The translations under genes were made by a program, and so were the position numbers. 64,000 nucleotides of DNA. Source: Eledone cirrhosa (lineage: Eukaryota). The notes under the pieces were generated by a model. It did not search any database. It was not told the DNA's origin and saw nothing but the letters and a program-made list of their open reading frames with translations. This document shows, piece after piece, positions 33,373 through 47,888 of the stretch (positions are counted from its first letter, which is position 1; each line of letters starts with the position of its first letter). The stretch is taken from assembly GCA_964016885.1 (NCBI GenBank), contig OZ024746.1:97836001-97900000 (forward strand), read 5' to 3'.

Positions 33373-33937
33373 TTTCGTCAATATTATAACAACATGACCC
33401 TCCCCGAATATAACAATATTTGTTTTGACACACGGTTTCATATCAAAAACCTTGCAAAATAAATATATATATGTATGCTAAAAATAGAAAGAAAGCAGGG
33501 AGAAGACCCTCAATTTCACGTCACAATAAGGGGCACTGGTATTTCCCTCTATTATTATTATATTTTTTTTTTTGCAAGTCAACCCACTCGCAGCATTTTT
33601 TTTTTTTTTCAGAGGTAATCTAATAATACAGAAATATTTCAAGAATTATTGGCAAACTATTTTGTTCTTCAGCCAGAGGGTTTTGAGACGTTTGAGGAAG
33701 TTGGGCCACTGACAATGAGGTTCTTGTCATTACTGGCGGCCCTCTTTATCATTGCATCAAGTGGTATTCGCGAGGGTTATTCCAGCATCTTCGCTACAAT
33801 ACTGTTGGTTTGCCTAAAATATTATTAGAGGGAAACTCCAGCGCCTCTTACTGCGGCGTGTTATTGGGAGTGCGAGCCTTCTTAAACTTTCTTTCTCTAT
33901 TTATTATTATATAAATTGTGTTTATTTGTAAGCATTA

Positions 33938-34462
33938 TAATGGTTTCTGATTTAGGCACAAGGCCAGCAATTTTGGGTGAGGGGAAATTATTGAATTATT
34001 GAATCAAAAGCATATGCAGGTGTTACTGTCCTCGTAAGTGGTGGCTTAGAACTTCAAAGAAACCTCTAATTGAAATTAATGATTTTTTACCATAGGCACA
34101 AATCCAGCAATTTGGGGAAAAAGGAAAGTCGATTAAATCGATTCAAGTGTATTACTGGTACCGTATTTCCCGGCGCCGAAGACGCTTCCTCCTCGAGGAA
34201 GCACCCTAATTTTGACAACCAAAAATTAAAAAAATAATAATAAATAACCTTCGGCCTCCAGGACGCACGGTAGATTTTTTAGACTTATTTTAGGAAAAAA
34301 GTAGCGTCTTCTACTTCGGGAAATACGGCACTTTATTCAATGGACCCCATAAGGATGAAAGGCAAAGCTAACCTCGACAGGATTTGAACTCAGATAGTAA
34401 AGGGGCGTAACACTATGCCATAAAACGTTGTCCGACGCTCAACCAACACTGCCAATCTACCG
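33938..34462 (-). mobile_element. SINE family A copy or copies interrupted by a MITE
   Basis: Reverse-complement core GGATGAAAGGCAAAG and GATTTGAACTC; split at ACTGGTA|CTTTATT by the MITE. Confidence 0.7.
34161..34328 (+). mobile_element. Tc1/mariner-pogo-type MITE
   Basis: TIRs CCGTATTTCCCG / CGGGAAATACGG; inserted at TA (right flank reads CA). Third copy at 56719-57163 is split by a SINE. Confidence 0.8.
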
Positions 34463-37084
34463 TATATACATTATAATGAAATATATATTTGGTTTGTTAA
34501 GTTGTCGCCATAGCTGTCTCACTATTCTCATTGTTAAAAACATCTTTTTTAAAAATTAGTTTTTCAATTTTTACTCTTTTACATTTGTTTATTCCCCCCC
34601 CCTCTCTCGGCTACGGGTATAGTCGTGGTTAATTAATTATCATTATCAATACTCACGACACTTTCTGTGAGTGTTTGCCTCATTATATATTAAAATTACT
34701 ATGGTTACTGTTACTTGCGATAGGCTTGTCACTTTTATTTCTCATAATCGACTTTAAATGAAATCTCATTAACAACCATCGTGTGAGTGGGCCTACGCTG
34801 ACCATGCGCCTATAGGCTGGCTAATTTGAGGAGGAGAGGGGTGCTCTCCCAGGGTGCCCTAGAAGCGCAGGTTGGTTCAGGATTGGTGGGGTACCTGAGT
34901 CACCCCTGAGTCGTCCACCCCCCTATAGGGGAACTTATTTTGTTATATTTATGCATAGTTTATTTTATATTTTGATATCTTCATTGTTAAATTAGTCTTG
35001 CCATTCTGCACTTTTACTCGAGCTTATTGTAAACCCCCCACTGTCCCTGTCTTTGTATTGTCCCCTACATGTCGGCCCTTGTGGCCAATAAATGAGTGGA
35101 AAAAACCCACACATATTTTTAATTAGATTATTATTTGCTTGCTTTGTTACGATCTCCTGCAGCCAACAAAGCTGTGACGACGAAGACATTGTAACAACCA
35201 CTGTTTATAAATTATTATATTTTCAACAATTATAATTTTAAGAGGACTGTTTTCAAAAATGCACACCTGCTCTCGCTTTTTATTTTTATTTTTTAAATTA
35301 TATATTCAATGAAATTCTTTGTGATAATATGGAACTAGAGCTTTTCAAAGTTGATTTATATTCTTCAAATAGCAATTATTAAATAAAGTTTTAACAAAAC
35401 AATGATTTCGTGTACGGAATGTAATTTAAAACAAATAATAATTGAATTAATATTTGTTTTAGTTGTCAGCTGGGTTTAACTAAAGGTAGGAACAGGGGCG
35501 GTGGAACTGGAGTGGGGTGGGGTGCAGTCATGGGCAACTTGCGGCCCGCAAGCTTTTTGAATGGCTCACCTAAGTCACCTGAGTGAAATCTTTCTGATTT
35601 TTTTACTCCAACTTTTCAGTCGTAGTTTATCTTTCTATCATTTTTACGATCGAGGAAAACAACGTGTACGAATTCTGAAGAAACAAATCAAAACAACCCG
35701 AGTCACCGCCCTTTTTTTTTTAAATATGGGCACGAATGTAAATTAGCGCTTGCGACCCGCCTTATGATGAGCCATATCTCATGTGGCCCGCATATCTCAT
35801 GTGGCCCGCTTCATATCTGCTTTAGATGAACCAATTAGGAAACATAACTCGAATCATTCAGCCTGTTTGGAATAGCCAAATTTCTTTCAATCATGCCAGG
35901 ACCGTCACCAAGATTTAATGTTCAGGGGTGCCTCAGAACCATCTGGGTGTGTCCCTAGGGAATTGTTTAATCAACTTCTTTGGTTAACTATTTTTATTTG
36001 TTTTTTTTGCTTTGAGAAAAAAAACGTTAGTAAAAACTCAGGTAAAATATTTTAGGACGTTTTTATAAACCTTATTTTCTAAATCAAATAGTGCAGCATT
36101 GAAAAATAGGGGAGGGGCGGGACTCCCTCCTAATGCACCCCCTTAATGACAGGCCCGAATCACATCCTACTGTGGTCTTAACCCTTTTGCTATATTTCTA
36201 ATGAAAGACATTGTTTATGATTTTTCAAATAATTTAGAAAATAATCAAGAATTGGGAGGGATTAATACTATAACTTTTAGTTCAAATCCCGCCGAGGTTA
36301 GTTTTGCCTTTCATACTTATGGGATCGATAAAATAAAGCACCAGTAATACACTGGGGTCGTTTAATCGACTTTCCCCACTCCCCAAATTGCTGGCCTTGT
36401 GCCTATAGTAGAAATCATTATTAAAGGAAACTATAACACGGTGGATTAACAGAACTGTCAGTACGTCGGGGTGGAATGTATTGCAGTATTTCATTACACC
36501 TCTCAACGTTCTGGATTCAAATCTCACTGAAGTCAACTTTGTCTTTCATCCTCCCGGAGTCTTTAATATAAAGTACTTTCCCTGCTCCATAAATTGCAGA
36601 CATTGTGCTTGAATTAGAAAACAATTATTAAAGTAAACTGTTTTGTGTCAGAACTAAGGGAGGTTTCAGTATCAAAATCGTTAAAAGTAGACCATGGTGG
36701 GGCGATTGTAACAGTCCCTACTGCAGTTTATTGTTGTTACAGCTCACACCTATGCAGATTTAGCTGGCCTCCTCCAATGTATATCTCGTTAGAGGTGTCT
36801 TGGGTGATTTAATGATAGGGACCCCAGTCTCATCATCTAATTTCTACAGCTGAGTAAACTGGAGCTACGTGAAATAAAGTGTCTTGCTCAAGGAAAAAAC
36901 ACATCACCCGGTCCGAGAATTGAACTCACAACCTTTCGATTGCAAGCCCAATGCTCTAACCATTAATCCCTGTGCCTCCCTGCTGCAGTAGTGGTAATCA
37001 AGTCTTAAAAACACCACAGAGTCAATCGTTGTCTTATCAAGTGCGTGTGTGCATTGATGTTCTCTATCTTTTACTCAAGCCACC

Positions 37085-37460
37085 GTCTCTCTCTCTCTCT
37101 GCCCACCTCTCACTATTGTAGGTAAACAGGAGCGCACGCGATCGCCGCCTCGTGGCCCCAGCGGACAGAATAGAGAAGTCTTTTCCCCGGAAGATGGTGA
37201 GGAAGATGCGTTGGAAGAGCCATTCTAGCTCGTGAGGCTCATCCCTCCGGGTAGCCAACTCCGTGCCGATTGTGGTGAGTAGGGAGGTGGTCCTAGGGCC
37301 AAGGACACCAGAAGTCTCCACTGCTACGGGGTGCTGATTGTGGTGAGTAGGAAGGTGGTACTAGGGCCAAGAATACCAGAAGAATACACAGCTACGGGGT
37401 GCTGATGGTGGTGAGTAGGGAAGTGGTACTAGGGCCAAGAATACCAGAAGTCTCCATCGC
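37085..37460 (-). pseudogene. CRE-type LINE 3' fragment with triplicated 5' segment
   Basis: ORF 37064-37321 ETSGVLGPR...EPHELEWLFQR. Confidence 0.7.
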
Positions 37461-39616
37461 TAAAAGAAAACACGTTGTTTGTGGATATGATAACTACGAT
37501 TGCTTGCACAAACCAGATGAAGGCAGTTATAGCATTCCAGAGCTAACCAACCAACATTTCAGACATGATTTTCTTAAACATGTACGACTAGCAGCATTAC
37601 TACTGCTACTAGCAAATTATATTAGATAGTGCCCACTGTAAAGTGGTAGTACAAGTGCCACGATAAAACGCACCTAGTACACTCTGTAAAGTGGCTGGCG
37701 TTAGAAAAGTCATCCAACTGTAGAAACGATGCCAAAAGAGGCGACGGTGGCGACGATGCTTAAAAAAGATTTATCCCATTTGGTTTTTAAAGCAGCAGAC
37801 TTGACTCCATCCACAGACTTCTGGCAGGGTTGGGTTTAGACCCGGGGGGGGGGGGGGGCTTCAGGATTTCGGAGACCCCTCATACACAAAAAATTAGAAT
37901 ACACAGCAACCTCCCCAATTTTACATATCAAAGTTAGCTTGGCGCAAGTAACTGGAATTGAAAAGTTATACATACAGGTGTTAAATTAAAACATTCTAAC
38001 CATCCTAAAACTAAAAAGCCCAGCTGAGGGCACAAATAAATTGCTACGGCCGTCGCTGGTGGGTCCTCCCACTGCAGGGGCCGGGCTATTACCTTGTTTT
38101 CCCCCCATTAAATCCATCCGACCCTGACGTCTGGAGTTGATGTTCAGAGCCTTATAATTACAAATATAACCAAGTATTATGTAATTTAACATCCAAGACA
38201 CATAATAGTAATTAATGTTAGTTTTATGCACTCTAGATACTAAAGTTAATACAATTCATCAAACCAAAACATCATATAAGGTTAACTTAATTAAAATGAA
38301 TGAAATGACAAAGGGTGAATTAATATTGCTAAATATACAATCAGTGAAATAACAATAGCCAACGCCTTAATTTACATTTGTTTTCGAATTGCTAAATATT
38401 TCAAAAGTCGTATATAAAGTTTAAAGGAAATTTAAATAACCTTCACATAATTCCCATAACCTGGACACACAGATTAGCTTCCATTAAAATAAATCAATTC
38501 AGTCAATTTATACTAGGAATTGTAAACAGATTCATGCTTTGAAATTCTGTTTAAAGAATTACTAGAGTTTGCTGTTTTTAATATTATATTATGAGATCAA
38601 AGTAATACTTCTTTTCTAACACATTATTTCATTTCAACTTGTCAAAATCTTGAAAGAAAGCAAACCTTTACATAACCTCATGGGAAAGAATTATGTTGAA
38701 TTTGTATAGGTTCTCTTAAATATTGAATATGTTCCAGAGAAAGATGATGTAAATTAATTAGTGACATACCAAACTAACACCATTGCTATTGCTAAAACTC
38801 TATAGGATGTAACATGTTCTGCAGTTTTTCAAAAGATTCTAACTCTAAAAAAAATATAGACAAACTATTTGAATGCTCTAAAATATCAATCAATAAGATA
38901 TACATTTTCGTAAGTTATTTTATCATGATATCTTCTGGAAATATCATGTAAATATAGTCAATATATATCTTAACCATTGAAATTATTGTATCAAAAGCAT
39001 ATGTGGGTGTCAGTGTTCTCATAAGTGGTGGCTTAGAACTTCAAAGAAAACTTCTTTATCGAAATTCATGATTTCTACTTTAGGCACAAGGAGAGACACA
39101 AAATAACAAGTCACTGAAGAGGTCAGAGAATGTGTGACAAAAGAGCTTTGACAACAAATAAAAAACCAGCGGTTACTAAACCAACCAACTGGAAATTTAT
39201 ATAATTTGAAGTAAAAACCAACAGGTGCATGTGTTTTTATTGGCTGCATGACCTCTCAAAGTATAACAATATCTGTTTCAACACATGTTTTCAGATATCT
39301 TGCAAAAGAAATACAAACACGAAATTATATACATATATATATATATATACACAGACACATTTATATACACACACGCATGCACACACACACACACACACTA
39401 TTCATATATATATATATATTATATATATATAAACACATTTATTTATTTTTAGTACAGATTAAAGTTTAAGCAAAAATGTCTGCTTTCACCCTATTTCTGG
39501 ATCTTCTGAAACAATATATATATAAAATGCTTATCGAGCCCTTTTCAGATTTTATTCTTCGTAATTATTATTACTTTCTCTCTCTCTCTCTCTAGAGAGA
39601 GAGAGAGGGGGGGATA

Positions 39617-39978
39617 GGTGTGCCCCGCTATTCGCAGGGATTAAGTTCCTAGTGCACCTGCGAAGAGTGAAAAACTGCAAATATCGTACGTGGTCCATAA
39701 AAATGCCTATAAACGTCAAAATATAATGTAAAATAATATAATAAAAAAAAGAGGGAGCGTCTTATGCGAAGGGGCTTTCCAATAGGCCGGCAAATACGGT
39801 ATATTGTTATTAATAATTTAGCGTTAAATATATATATTGCCATGAAAATAGACATAAAAAATCGTGTAAGATATTTCCGATTCCGTGAATATGTGGTTGT
39901 TTCCACGAACAATTATTAGTTAGGTTCTAATGAAAATTCCACAAATAACCGGGGCCGCGAATGCCGAGGGTTCAATGT
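39617..39978. mobile_element. Probable Tigger/pogo-like MITE
   Basis: Degenerate ends CCCCGCTATTCGC / GCGAATGCCGAGGG, flanked by TA. Confidence 0.45.
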
Positions 39979-40352
39979 ATGTATATATTTATATATGAAC
40001 AGAGTCAGGACCCCAACAGCTGAGCGCCGAACGTTCGGATCTAGCTGTCGGAGTCCTGACTCTTTTCATATTACCCACTCTACTACCCTAAATATCGAGT
40101 ACTCTGGTGTGTTATGGTCCACCTGGTATCTTACCACACCTTCTTTGTTATATATATATATACATATAGAGAGAGAGAGAGAAATGGCTTCTACAGGACT
40201 AGAACTGTTTCATTCGGGAGAAATCATTAGGAAGCCCTGAATGAACCAGTTCTAGCCCTATAGAAGCCATTTCTATATTAAATATTTATACTCTGCTATG
40301 TATTGAGTACCTTACTTACTGTGGTTACCCCTGATTGAACCCAGGATAAACT

Positions 40353-40388
<36 letters not shown>

Positions 40389-40392
<4 letters not shown>

Positions 40393-40572
40393 ATTGTTTC
40401 TACTTTTGGCACAAGGCCAGCAATTATTCCAGTGCATTACTGGTACTTTATTTTATCGACCCCGTAAGGATGAAAGGCAAAGTTAACCTCGGCGGGATTT
40501 GAACTCAGATCATAAAGGGAGGTAACTCTATGCTTCAAAGCATGGCGTCCGACCCTTACCGATACTGCCAAT
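40389..40572 (-). mobile_element. SINE family A (another minus copy at 42068-42240; plus copy at 54164-54353)
   Basis: Reverse complement of the family A core and box B. Confidence 0.8.
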
Positions 40573-40909
40573 AGTAATAATAATAAATTTGAAGACTAAA
40601 ATCCAAAGAGGGCTCGATAAGGATAAATATATATCAAATATATAAGAACCGTAGAGCAAATATTTATTAAAATAACAGATTAAAGTTTAATCTGTTATTT
40701 TAATCTGGAAATTATTTATCCCAAATTGTAGAAATCTTATAACGAAACGGCCGTCTGGAAGGAAAGAGATATTTATTTAATAATGTCTCATACAAAATAA
40801 TACAACCAGCTATCCACGCAATACTGATTAGTTAGCACCCCAAACACTAAATTGGGATAATACTTAGGTATATCCTAATGTTTTCGCTTAAGGCTTTCTC
40901 TGTTTATGT

Positions 40910-40962
<53 letters not shown>

Positions 40963-41741
40963 CATAAGCAAAGAAGCTATTTTTAGTTATTCATTTGATT
41001 AGGAATAGATTTAAGAATAACATGCATAAATTTAATTTTATTTTTCATTTTCCTCTGTAATTATTTTGATCAAAATATTTAGAAGATAAACTAAATATTT
41101 AAAAGTGTTCTTATCTATCTTCTTTATATATTATTAATAGAAACGATGGTAGAATTATTTGTATAGATATGATGTGAAGTACTTTATTTGTTTCCTTCTT
41201 ATCTTACCATTTTATATAAGATGGAACCAGAGATCATATTGTTTTGACACTTGATATGTAGGATAATAATTTCCTCAGGCTGCTTTTCTGATATATATTG
41301 AAGATTCATAGACTTCTATTATCAAAGATCATGATAAATTTTTAACTTTTAAATAGATTTGGGTCATAGATCAAATTTAACCAATTCTTTAGAACTTACT
41401 GTGTGATAAACAGTTGAGTTCTTGCAAAAGCTTTTCAAGTGTGTTTTCAATATATTCAGAATTGAAAAGGATTAATCAATAACTAAGAATTTATTCAAAT
41501 CATTTATTTATTCACACATCACGATATGGAACATACAAGCAAGGTGTGGTTATCCAACATGATTATCCAACATGGTTATCCAACATGGTTATCCAACGTG
41601 TCTTCTTTATATCCGAGATAACCCATCAAACCCATACTAGTGTAGAAAATGAATATATGGATATAAAATGATGATGATGAAGACAAAGGTGCACACACAC
41701 AGATAAGTATACATATTTGTGTGTGTGTGTGTGTGTGTGTA

Positions 41742-41851
41742 CCCGCTGATGAAGCCGCATAAGCCGATTGTGCATTGTTGCATAATATATGCAGACGGAT
41801 GGTGCAGTGCACCTTACTGCTGCATTAGTGCTGCAGAAACTCGAGTCCGGG
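41742..41851 (+). ncRNA. Type I hammerhead motif with 83-nt stem II domain
   Basis: CCCG-CTGATGA-(83 nt)-GAAA-CTCGAG-TC-CGGG; palindromic stem III ACTCGAGT; NUH=GUC; lies in a 260-bp island between (TG)n and (TA)n. Confidence 0.65.
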
Positions 41852-41997
41852 AACCTTATAGGCACCCGTGTTACGTGTGTTGTGTTGAGGCAAATAACTA
41901 TGTGTATACTCTGGGAATGTATCTTACATTGCCCATTGAGTGCGCTGAGATACAACTGGTACTGGCATTGATACATATGCTGGGTTCGTCAACTCCT

Positions 41998-42067
<70 letters not shown>

Positions 42068-42701
42068 ATAACAATTGTTTCTACTTTTGGCACAAGACCA
42101 GCAATTACCCAGTGCATTACTGATTCTTTATTTTATAGACCCCTTAAGGATGAAAAGCAAAGTTAACCTCAGCGGGATTTAAACTCAGAATCGCAATGGC
42201 CATAACTCTATACATCAAAGCATCTATACTCCACCGCCCCTATAGTGTAATAATAATAATAAATGTGAAGACTAAAATCCGAAGAGGGCTCAATAAGGAT
42301 AAATATATGTTATAAATATATATAAAAACCGTAGAGCAAATATTTATTAAAATAACAGATTAAAGTTTAAGCAAAAAAATCGCTGCTTTCACCCTTAACG
42401 GGATCTTCTGAAACTCAGAAGAACCCGTTTATATGCGTGGCTGAGTGGTTAGAGTAATTGATTCGCAATCGTGAGGTTGTGATTTCGATTCACGGACCGG
42501 GTTATGTCCTTGAGGAAGACACTTTATTTCACGCTGCTCCTTCTAGCTGGAGTTGGGACCGATAGATAGTATTTGCAACTGGAAAGGCCAACGGAAACAT
42601 TGTTTCCTCGGTCCGATTTGACGAAAGTCAATCGGCTTCTTTATATGTGTATATTTATCATATGTGTATTTATTTATATATATATACACATATATATATA
42701 T

Positions 42702-42952
42702 AGGAAAAAGTATGACCCCGACGGCAGAGCTCAAGCCGCTTCGACGGCTATTTCTGGACTAAATTAGAATTTTAGCCTGGTGACTAATTTTCACCAGGCT
42801 AAAAATTCTAATTTAGTCCAGAAATAGCCGTCGAAACGGCTTGAGCTCTGCCGTCGGGGTCATAACTTTTTCCCATTACCCACTCTACTACCCTAAGTAT
42901 TGAGTACTCTGGCGCGTTATGGTCCATCTGGTTCCTTACCACAATTCGTTCG

Positions 42953-42953
<1 letters not shown>
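42702..42953. mobile_element. Fold-back family G with 3' extension (relatives 39997-40148, 45047-45205)
   Basis: Inverted arms of about 80 bp plus a shared right-hand tail CCCACTCTACTACCCT...GAGTACTC; flanked by (TA)n. Confidence 0.7.
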
Positions 42954-43011
<58 letters not shown>

Positions 43012-43414
43012 TATATGTGTATGTTTATCCTATGTTCATATGTGTTTGTATATATATATATATGTGTGTGTGTGGGTTTATGTGTATATGTAAAGTATGT
43101 CTTTATTAGTGTTGCTCTATACGACTGTTTCAACCTAGTTCAATAATACACAACTGGTGTATTTGTATCAACACTTCTTCAGAGGAACAATTATCTGAAA
43201 AAGAAGACATCTTTACTGATAACAACCAGTTAAGGTCAGTAATAACATACTGAGAAGAGTAAACCAATCAAGTTTAATTAATTAAAATTACACCTGTGGC
43301 AAACAAAAAACAATCATTGGCTTAATAACAAAATTCTCGTCATTCTTTATTTCTCACTACAGGTGTAATTTTAATTACTGAAACTATCTTGGCTCACTAA
43401 ACTGTATATATATA

Positions 43415-43718
43415 TGCAATCGAAAGGTTATGAGTTCAATTCTCAGACCGGGTGATGTGTTGTTTCCTTGAGCAAGACACTTTATTTCACATTTCTCCAG
43501 TTTACTCAGCTGTAGAAATGAGATGATAGGGACTGGGGTCCCTATCATTCCACCGCAAAGTGGTTGTGGAAGTGCCATGGCAAAAAAGCACCCAGCACTC
43601 ACTGTAAATGAGGTTGGTGTTAGGAAGGGCATCCAGCTGTAGAAATCAAGCCAGAATCAGTTCCCGTCCCACCCTTGCAAGCAAGGAAAAAGCGGACATA
43701 AAATGAAATGATGATGAT
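43415..43718 (+). mobile_element. SINE family B, 5'-truncated
   Basis: Near-identical to 18627-18960. Confidence 0.85.
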
Positions 43719-44002
43719 ATATATATATATATATATATATTAGAAAGTGAGGTTTTTTTTACAAAATGAAAAATAACCAAAGGTGTCCTACACGAGTGAA
43801 AGTATGATGAAAAAAGATGAAAAAAGATGAACTCAAAAGTAGAGTTGAGAAAAACCACAGACCCTCCATCTCAACTCTACTTTTGAAAAGCAGAAGAACT
43901 GCAAAACCGGTAAAGGAACCAAATAAATATATATATTTAAAAAAAAAAAGACTCCAGTTGCATTTGCGATTTCATCTTTTTTCCTTATATATATATATAT
44001 AT

Positions 44003-44460
44003 ATACGATATTAACCAAATGGAAACTATATTTATAAAACCATATTTATTTCATTATACATATTTCAGGGATACCATATTAGAAATATGGCATGCCTTCT
44101 TCAGATAAAATACAATATATAAGCAGTTTTATAAATAAATTTGACGTACCATAAATATTGTACAACTTCCATTTATTGTTCACTACCAAACCAACTTTTT
44201 TAAATGGAAGTTGAACAATATTTATGGTACGTCAAATTTATTTATAAAACTGCTTATATATTATATTTTATCTGAAGAAGGCATGCCATATTTCTAATAT
44301 GGTATCCCTGAAATATGTATAATGAAATAAATATGGTTTTATAAATATAGTTTCCATTTGGTTAATATCGTATATCTACTCCAAAACTTGTTGAGTGCTT
44401 TATATCAGTTATAAAATATTTACTCGTTGTAACCCAACAATTTTAAATAAAACTTTTGCA
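44003..44460. mobile_element. Family F fold-back; HHR-like cores at 44063-44104 (minus) and 44272-44313 (plus)
   Basis: Inverted arms of about 175 bp; right arm about 90 bp longer; CTGAAGA-AGG.ATGCCATATT/AATATGGTAT.CCT-GAAA. Confidence 0.75.
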
Positions 44461-44529
44461 TATATATATATATATATACACTAACCATAGTATTTAACTT
44501 CTAATAGTCTAGAGTCTAGACCACTTCTC

Positions 44530-44585
<56 letters not shown>

Positions 44586-44631
44586 AAATAAAACCCTTTT
44601 TGTACAGCCAACCATGTTATTCTTCACTCTT

Positions 44632-44687
<56 letters not shown>

Positions 44688-44874
44688 TCTTTTTTTCCAT
44701 TTCAGGTAGAGGCGCGCCATCATCCACTTTTCTAAAAGTAAATCATACACAAAACGCCAGCACCAAAAGTTTTGCAAGAGATGTCGACATGACTGGACCT
44801 ATTACTTTTATCTAAAGACATTTTTTCCAATTCCATCCCGCCTGCCCCCTTAATCTATTTTATTCCTCATTCTT

Positions 44875-44910
44875 TCTTCTGATGAACGACTAGTGTCCGA
44901 AACGTTAAGA
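44875..44910 (+). ncRNA. Minimal hammerhead, same family as 45-80
   Basis: TCTT-CTGATGA-acGACtagtGTCc-GAAA-CG-TT-AAGA; flanks 44830-44955 match the reverse complement of 1-128. Decayed copy at about 53404-53439. Confidence 0.65.
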
Positions 44911-45015
44911 CCTTTTTCCTGCTATATCAAGTGTTAAACTAATATATCCCTTCCATATACTGTACCAATTGTGTTGTTATTTCTGTTTACCTTTTATATA
45001 TATATATATATATAT

Positions 45016-45048
<33 letters not shown>

Positions 45049-45204
45049 AAAAGAGCCAAGACCTCGAGGGCTGAGCTCCAGCCGTTTCGACAGCTAGTTC
45101 TGGGGCTCAGCTGTCGGGGTCGACTCTTTTCCCACTCTACTACCCTTAGTATCGAGTACTCAGGAGCGTTATCGTCCATCTGTTTCCTTACCCCACTTCA
45201 TTCG

Positions 45205-45205
<1 letters not shown>

Positions 45206-45262
<57 letters not shown>

Positions 45263-45492
45263 ACATATATATATATACATATACATATACATATATATAC
45301 ATACATATACATACACATATACATACATATACATACATATACATATACATACACATATACATACATATACATACATATACATATACATACATATACATAT
45401 ACATACATATACATATACATACATATACATATACATACATATACATATACATACATATACATATACATACATATATATATACATACATATAC

Positions 45493-45549
<57 letters not shown>

Positions 45550-45740
45550 CATATATATTCATATACATATATATACATATATATACATATACATATATAT
45601 ACATATACATATATATACATATACATATATATACATATATATACATATATATACATATATATACATATATATACATATACATATATATACATATACATAT
45701 ATATACATATACATATATATATACATATATATATATATAT
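45206..45740. repeat. (TA)n/(TACA)n/(TACATA)n microsatellite
   Basis: Direct reading. Confidence 0.95.
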
Positions 45741-46117
45741 CCAAATATTAACGGAGTCAATAGACTTGCATTAGTCTCTGTAAATTATGTGTTCAAAGGA
45801 AAAGGAAACCAGGGCTCTTCAAAATACAATCTGTAGAAAGGATAACCCACTAGAGGGAGAGTGTGTGCAATGAATAAACAGGGAAACCACCAGTGTATGG
45901 AATCTATAAACTACGGAAGGTGAGGTAGACACATAATAATTAAAAATATAAATCAAAATGAATATACCCACCTCTATAACTATATATCACACACATACAA
46001 ATCCAAAAGGATTCGTTTGGCCAAAAAATTGTGACTGAAATGGAAATACCAATGGCTCATCAGCATGTGTTTAGCAGATACATTCCAGACAACTCTAAAA
46101 TACTTGAGTTAATATAT

Positions 46118-46283
46118 AAATTGGGCATGAGTTAACATGTAAATTAGGCATGAGTTAATATGTAAATTAGGCATGAGTTAACATGTAAATTGGGCATGAG
46201 TTAATATGTAAATTAGGCATGAGTTAATATGTAAATTGGGCATGAGTTAATATGTAAATTAGGCATGAGTTAATATGTAAATT
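46118..46283. repeat. 23-bp minisatellite, about 7 copies
   Basis: Unit AAATTRGGCATGAGTTAAYATGT; one more unit at 46534-46559. Confidence 0.9.
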
Positions 46284-46284
46284 C

Positions 46285-46534
46285 ACTGCCTCCGTTTCTC
46301 TAACTCTCTCCAATCTCTCACTATTATAAAGCAAACAGGAGCCCACTCACTAGCAGCCCTGCAGACCCAGTGGACAGAATAGAGAAGGTGCTTTCCCGGA
46401 AGATGGTGAGGAAAACATGTTGGAAGAGTCATTCCAGCTTGCGGGGCTCACACCTGTGGGTAGCCAACTCCGTGCCAATGATGGTGAGTAGTGAGGTGAT
46501 CCTAGGGCCAAGCACACCAGAGGTCACCACTGCT
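46285..46534 (-). pseudogene. CRE-type LINE 3' fragment
   Basis: Homologous to 37085-37325. Confidence 0.65.
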
Positions 46535-46810
46535 AAATTGGGCTTGAATTAATATGTAAGGGGGAGGAGGAGGAAAGATTCCTCAAATCAGAGACCTGGT
46601 CTGAATGTGTGCAACAAAATGGAGTCTGCTTTAAAATGTTTATATTTATCTAAAGACTTTCTCTGATAATTTTATGTAAGAAGCTTCATTAAATTATACA
46701 CCAAAACCAGCTTCATAATGACTAACTTTGTGATATCACCGAATCTCTCCAAAGTTTTTATTATCAAAATTATTTGAGAATGATAAGCATTGTATTTCAT
46801 TAGAAATATC

Positions 46811-47135
46811 ATCTTCTTCACCCACTTACTACTGTGAGAGGGTCATAGGGGGGCAGTGTCCTCAGACAGTAGGCCCTGTCAAAAGCAACCATTTCAAACT
46901 GATCTGGCTGGATCCCCAAGCGTGACCAGCCAAGCTCATGGAAGCTATCCAACCATCTTGCTTGGGGTCTACCCCTGGGTCTTTTACCTGTTGGTTTTGC
47001 CCATAAAATCTGTCCAGTGATTCTTTTCTGAGACATTCTAACTACATGTCTATAGTATCAGAGCTGTGATCTCTCAATTCAGAGAAGTACCTGTTTTACC
47101 TGGAGTGACTCTCTGATCTCTGAGCTACACATTTA
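46811..47135 (-). pseudogene. RTE-type LINE 3' fragment (inverted homolog at 49185-49495)
   Basis: GKRPRGRPQARWLD...DR C-terminal motif typical of RTE-clade ORF ends. Confidence 0.7.
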
Positions 47136-47499
47136 GAAATATGATAAATAAAAAGTCTGAAAGGGCTATGGGCACAGTTTATGATTCTTCAGAAAAATTA
47201 ATGAAAAAGAAGTCAATCTGTAATGTAAACACAGTATGCTAGATCTTATACAGTATTAAATGTTAAGGCTTAATCACAGAAATGGAGATGTTTTAAAGAT
47301 TCTTAATATGTAATTTTAACTGCACTGAAGGATGAAAAGGTTTCATAAACAAAGAGGAAAATATTCTAAGATGAAAGCAAAACACACACACACATATACA
47401 TACATATATATATACATACATACACATACATATATATATATATACCCAACACAAAACACACACCGGTATGTATACATATTACACACACTATAAACATTA

Positions 47500-47541
<42 letters not shown>

Positions 47542-47542
47542 C

Positions 47543-47582
<40 letters not shown>

Positions 47583-47686
47583 CATACATATGTAGATATA
47601 TAGGTATAGATGTATTGAAAGAGAGAGATAAAGAGATGAGACATTTTGACTCCCATCTAGTCTCTATTTTATCTTTATGTATGTAA

Positions 47687-47824
47687 TCTACCACCACCAC
47701 AACCACTACCAGCACCACCACCACCACAACCACTACCAGCACCACCACAACCACCATCACCACTAGCACCACCACCACCACAACAACCACTACCACCACA
47801 ACCACCATCACCACTAGTACCACC

Positions 47825-47855
<31 letters not shown>

Positions 47856-47888
47856 CCACCAGCAGCAGCAGCAGCAGCAGCACCACAA
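47687..47888. repeat. (ACC)n/(AGC)n trinucleotide repeat
   Basis: Direct reading. Confidence 0.9.

Noticed and set aside
42370-42428. HHR-like CAGAAGA-stem-GAAA on minus (also about 39480-39512)
   Set aside because: U4 altered and stems I/III not formable.
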